Source: Thermosulfurimonas dismutans
GTDB lineage: Bacteria > Desulfobacterota > Thermodesulfobacteria > Thermodesulfobacteriales > Thermodesulfobacteriaceae
Reading direction: 5' to 3'
Assembly: GCF_001652585.1 (NCBI RefSeq)
Contig: NZ_LWLG01000008.1
Location: 1-32,000 of the forward strand
Length of the DNA: 32,000 nucleotides
In this document: positions 31,296 through 32,000 of the stretch, piece after piece
How positions within the stretch are numbered: position 1 is the stretch's first letter
Layout: every line of letters begins with the position of its first letter
Translations under genes and position numbers: made by a program
Notes under the pieces: model-generated
The model's input: the letters and a program-made list of their open reading frames with translations, nothing else
Database searches by the model: none
Told to the model about the DNA's origin: nothing

Positions 31296-32000
31296 TCAAA
31301 TAACTTTATTACACATCCCTTTCACAATTTCAAACCAATTTTTTATTTCTTCCCATGCATTGAGTTCTTCTAAATGACTTTTAGTAATTTTCTGTGCTAC
31401 TTTTCCACAAAGAAGTTTCTTGGCATCTTTTTCTTTTATCCCCTTCTTGTTTGCAACTAACTTTGGAATATCAGCATTATCCCAATCTGAAATATTTCCA
31501 AGAATAATATTAAGCTCAGTTTCAATAAGCTTCTGGGGAATATAATTCTCTATCTCTCTTTTTTTTGTCAAAAGCCCATTTGAACCATCTTTTCGCTGTT
31601 TTACTTTTTCTATTTCATTTTTGTATTTTTCATCTTCATCTCTATCATAAAGATGAAATTCAATTGCATTAGTATTTCTAAAAATGTGACGGTCAATATG
31701 ATTTTTTAGTTGACTACCTCCCATTATATTGAAAGCTAATACCCCCGAATTAATGTAAACACTCAAATCGATTATTTCTTTTAGTTCTGGAATATTTTGA
31801 TTAATATTTATCAAAAATTTTTCGTCAGTTTCTCCCTCAACACACCAAATAACTTTTCCAATAGTTGGCATAATTCCTAAATTTTGTATAATTTTACTAA
31901 GAATATTTTCATCAAAAATTGCAACACTTACAGAGTTATTTTCCTTTTCTATATATTTAATGCTATCAGTTGGAAGTAACCTTATAAAAGAAGGGCTGTG
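31296..32000 (-). CDS. OLD-family/TOPRIM nuclease, 5'-truncated by the window edge
   Basis: TOPRIM Glu (VIWCVEGETDEKFL), DxD (LYDRDEDE) and KREIENYIP. The reading frame stays open from the tracked Met (31871) up to position 32000, so the 191-aa ORF is probably the C-terminal domain of a longer ATPase-TOPRIM protein. Confidence 0.6.
   Translation of the reverse strand, partial: HSPSFIRLLPTDSIKYIEKENNSVSVAIFDENILSKIIQNLGIMPTIGKVIWCVEGETDEKFLININQNIPELKEIIDLSVYINSGVLAFNIMGGSQLKNHIDRHIFRNTNAIEFHLYDRDEDEKYKNEIEKVKQRKDGSNGLLTKKREIENYIPQKLIETELNIILGNISDWDNADIPKLVANKKGIKEKDAKKLLCGKVAQKITKSHLEELNAWEEIKNWFEIVKGMCNKVI

Noticed and set aside
1-32000. CRISPR arrays, rRNA genes, intact tRNA genes, retron or group II intron signatures
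   Set aside because: No regularly spaced direct repeats or recognisable structured-RNA hallmarks were seen on either strand.

Overview
All family calls below come from reading motifs by eye. No database search or computation was run, and GC values are visual estimates.

The window is almost entirely minus-strand coded. Host-like blocks (roughly 45-50% GC) alternate with strongly AT-rich accessory blocks (roughly 30% GC). Left to right:

1. An IS256-family IS (about 40-1353).
2. An AT-rich islet holding an ankyrin-repeat gene and a radical SAM/SPASM peptide-maturase-like gene. A second ~1.4-kb IS (2631-4052) sits between them. Upstream of the maturase are untracked small ORFs: a 34-aa Cys-containing candidate precursor, an FmdB-like zinc ribbon, and a start-less or frameshifted ORF.
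3. A nine-gene envelope operon behind a consensus sigma-54 promoter. It encodes an SLT lytic transglycosylase, a lipoprotein, exported unknowns and an ExbB/TolQ-like plus ExbD/TolR-like pair, with no TonB signature.
4. An Arch_ATPase/DUF234-type ATPase.
5. An 8-kb AT-rich six-gene operon: B12-binding radical SAM, a three-component ABC importer, a cytoplasmic GHKL/histidine-kinase-like protein and an NtrC-type sigma-54 activator. It has its own sigma-54 promoter and shares an exact 15-nt upstream motif with the envelope-operon promoter.
6. Two divergent large serine recombinases plus an XRE regulator. One recombinase ORF ends inside an orphan 3' half of tRNA-Asn(GUU).
7. An RHH antitoxin with an internally deleted PIN toxin.
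8. An AT-rich defence islet: an OLD/TOPRIM ORF running off the window, a 288-aa SIR2_2 protein and a 1106-aa TIR plus helical-repeat protein.

The best candidate for an undescribed system is the SIR2_2 + giant TIR pair, which has Thoeris-like parts in a non-Thoeris architecture. Next come the two-promoter sigma-54 circuit linking the AT-rich operon to the ExbBD envelope operon, and the IS-split RiPP-like cluster.
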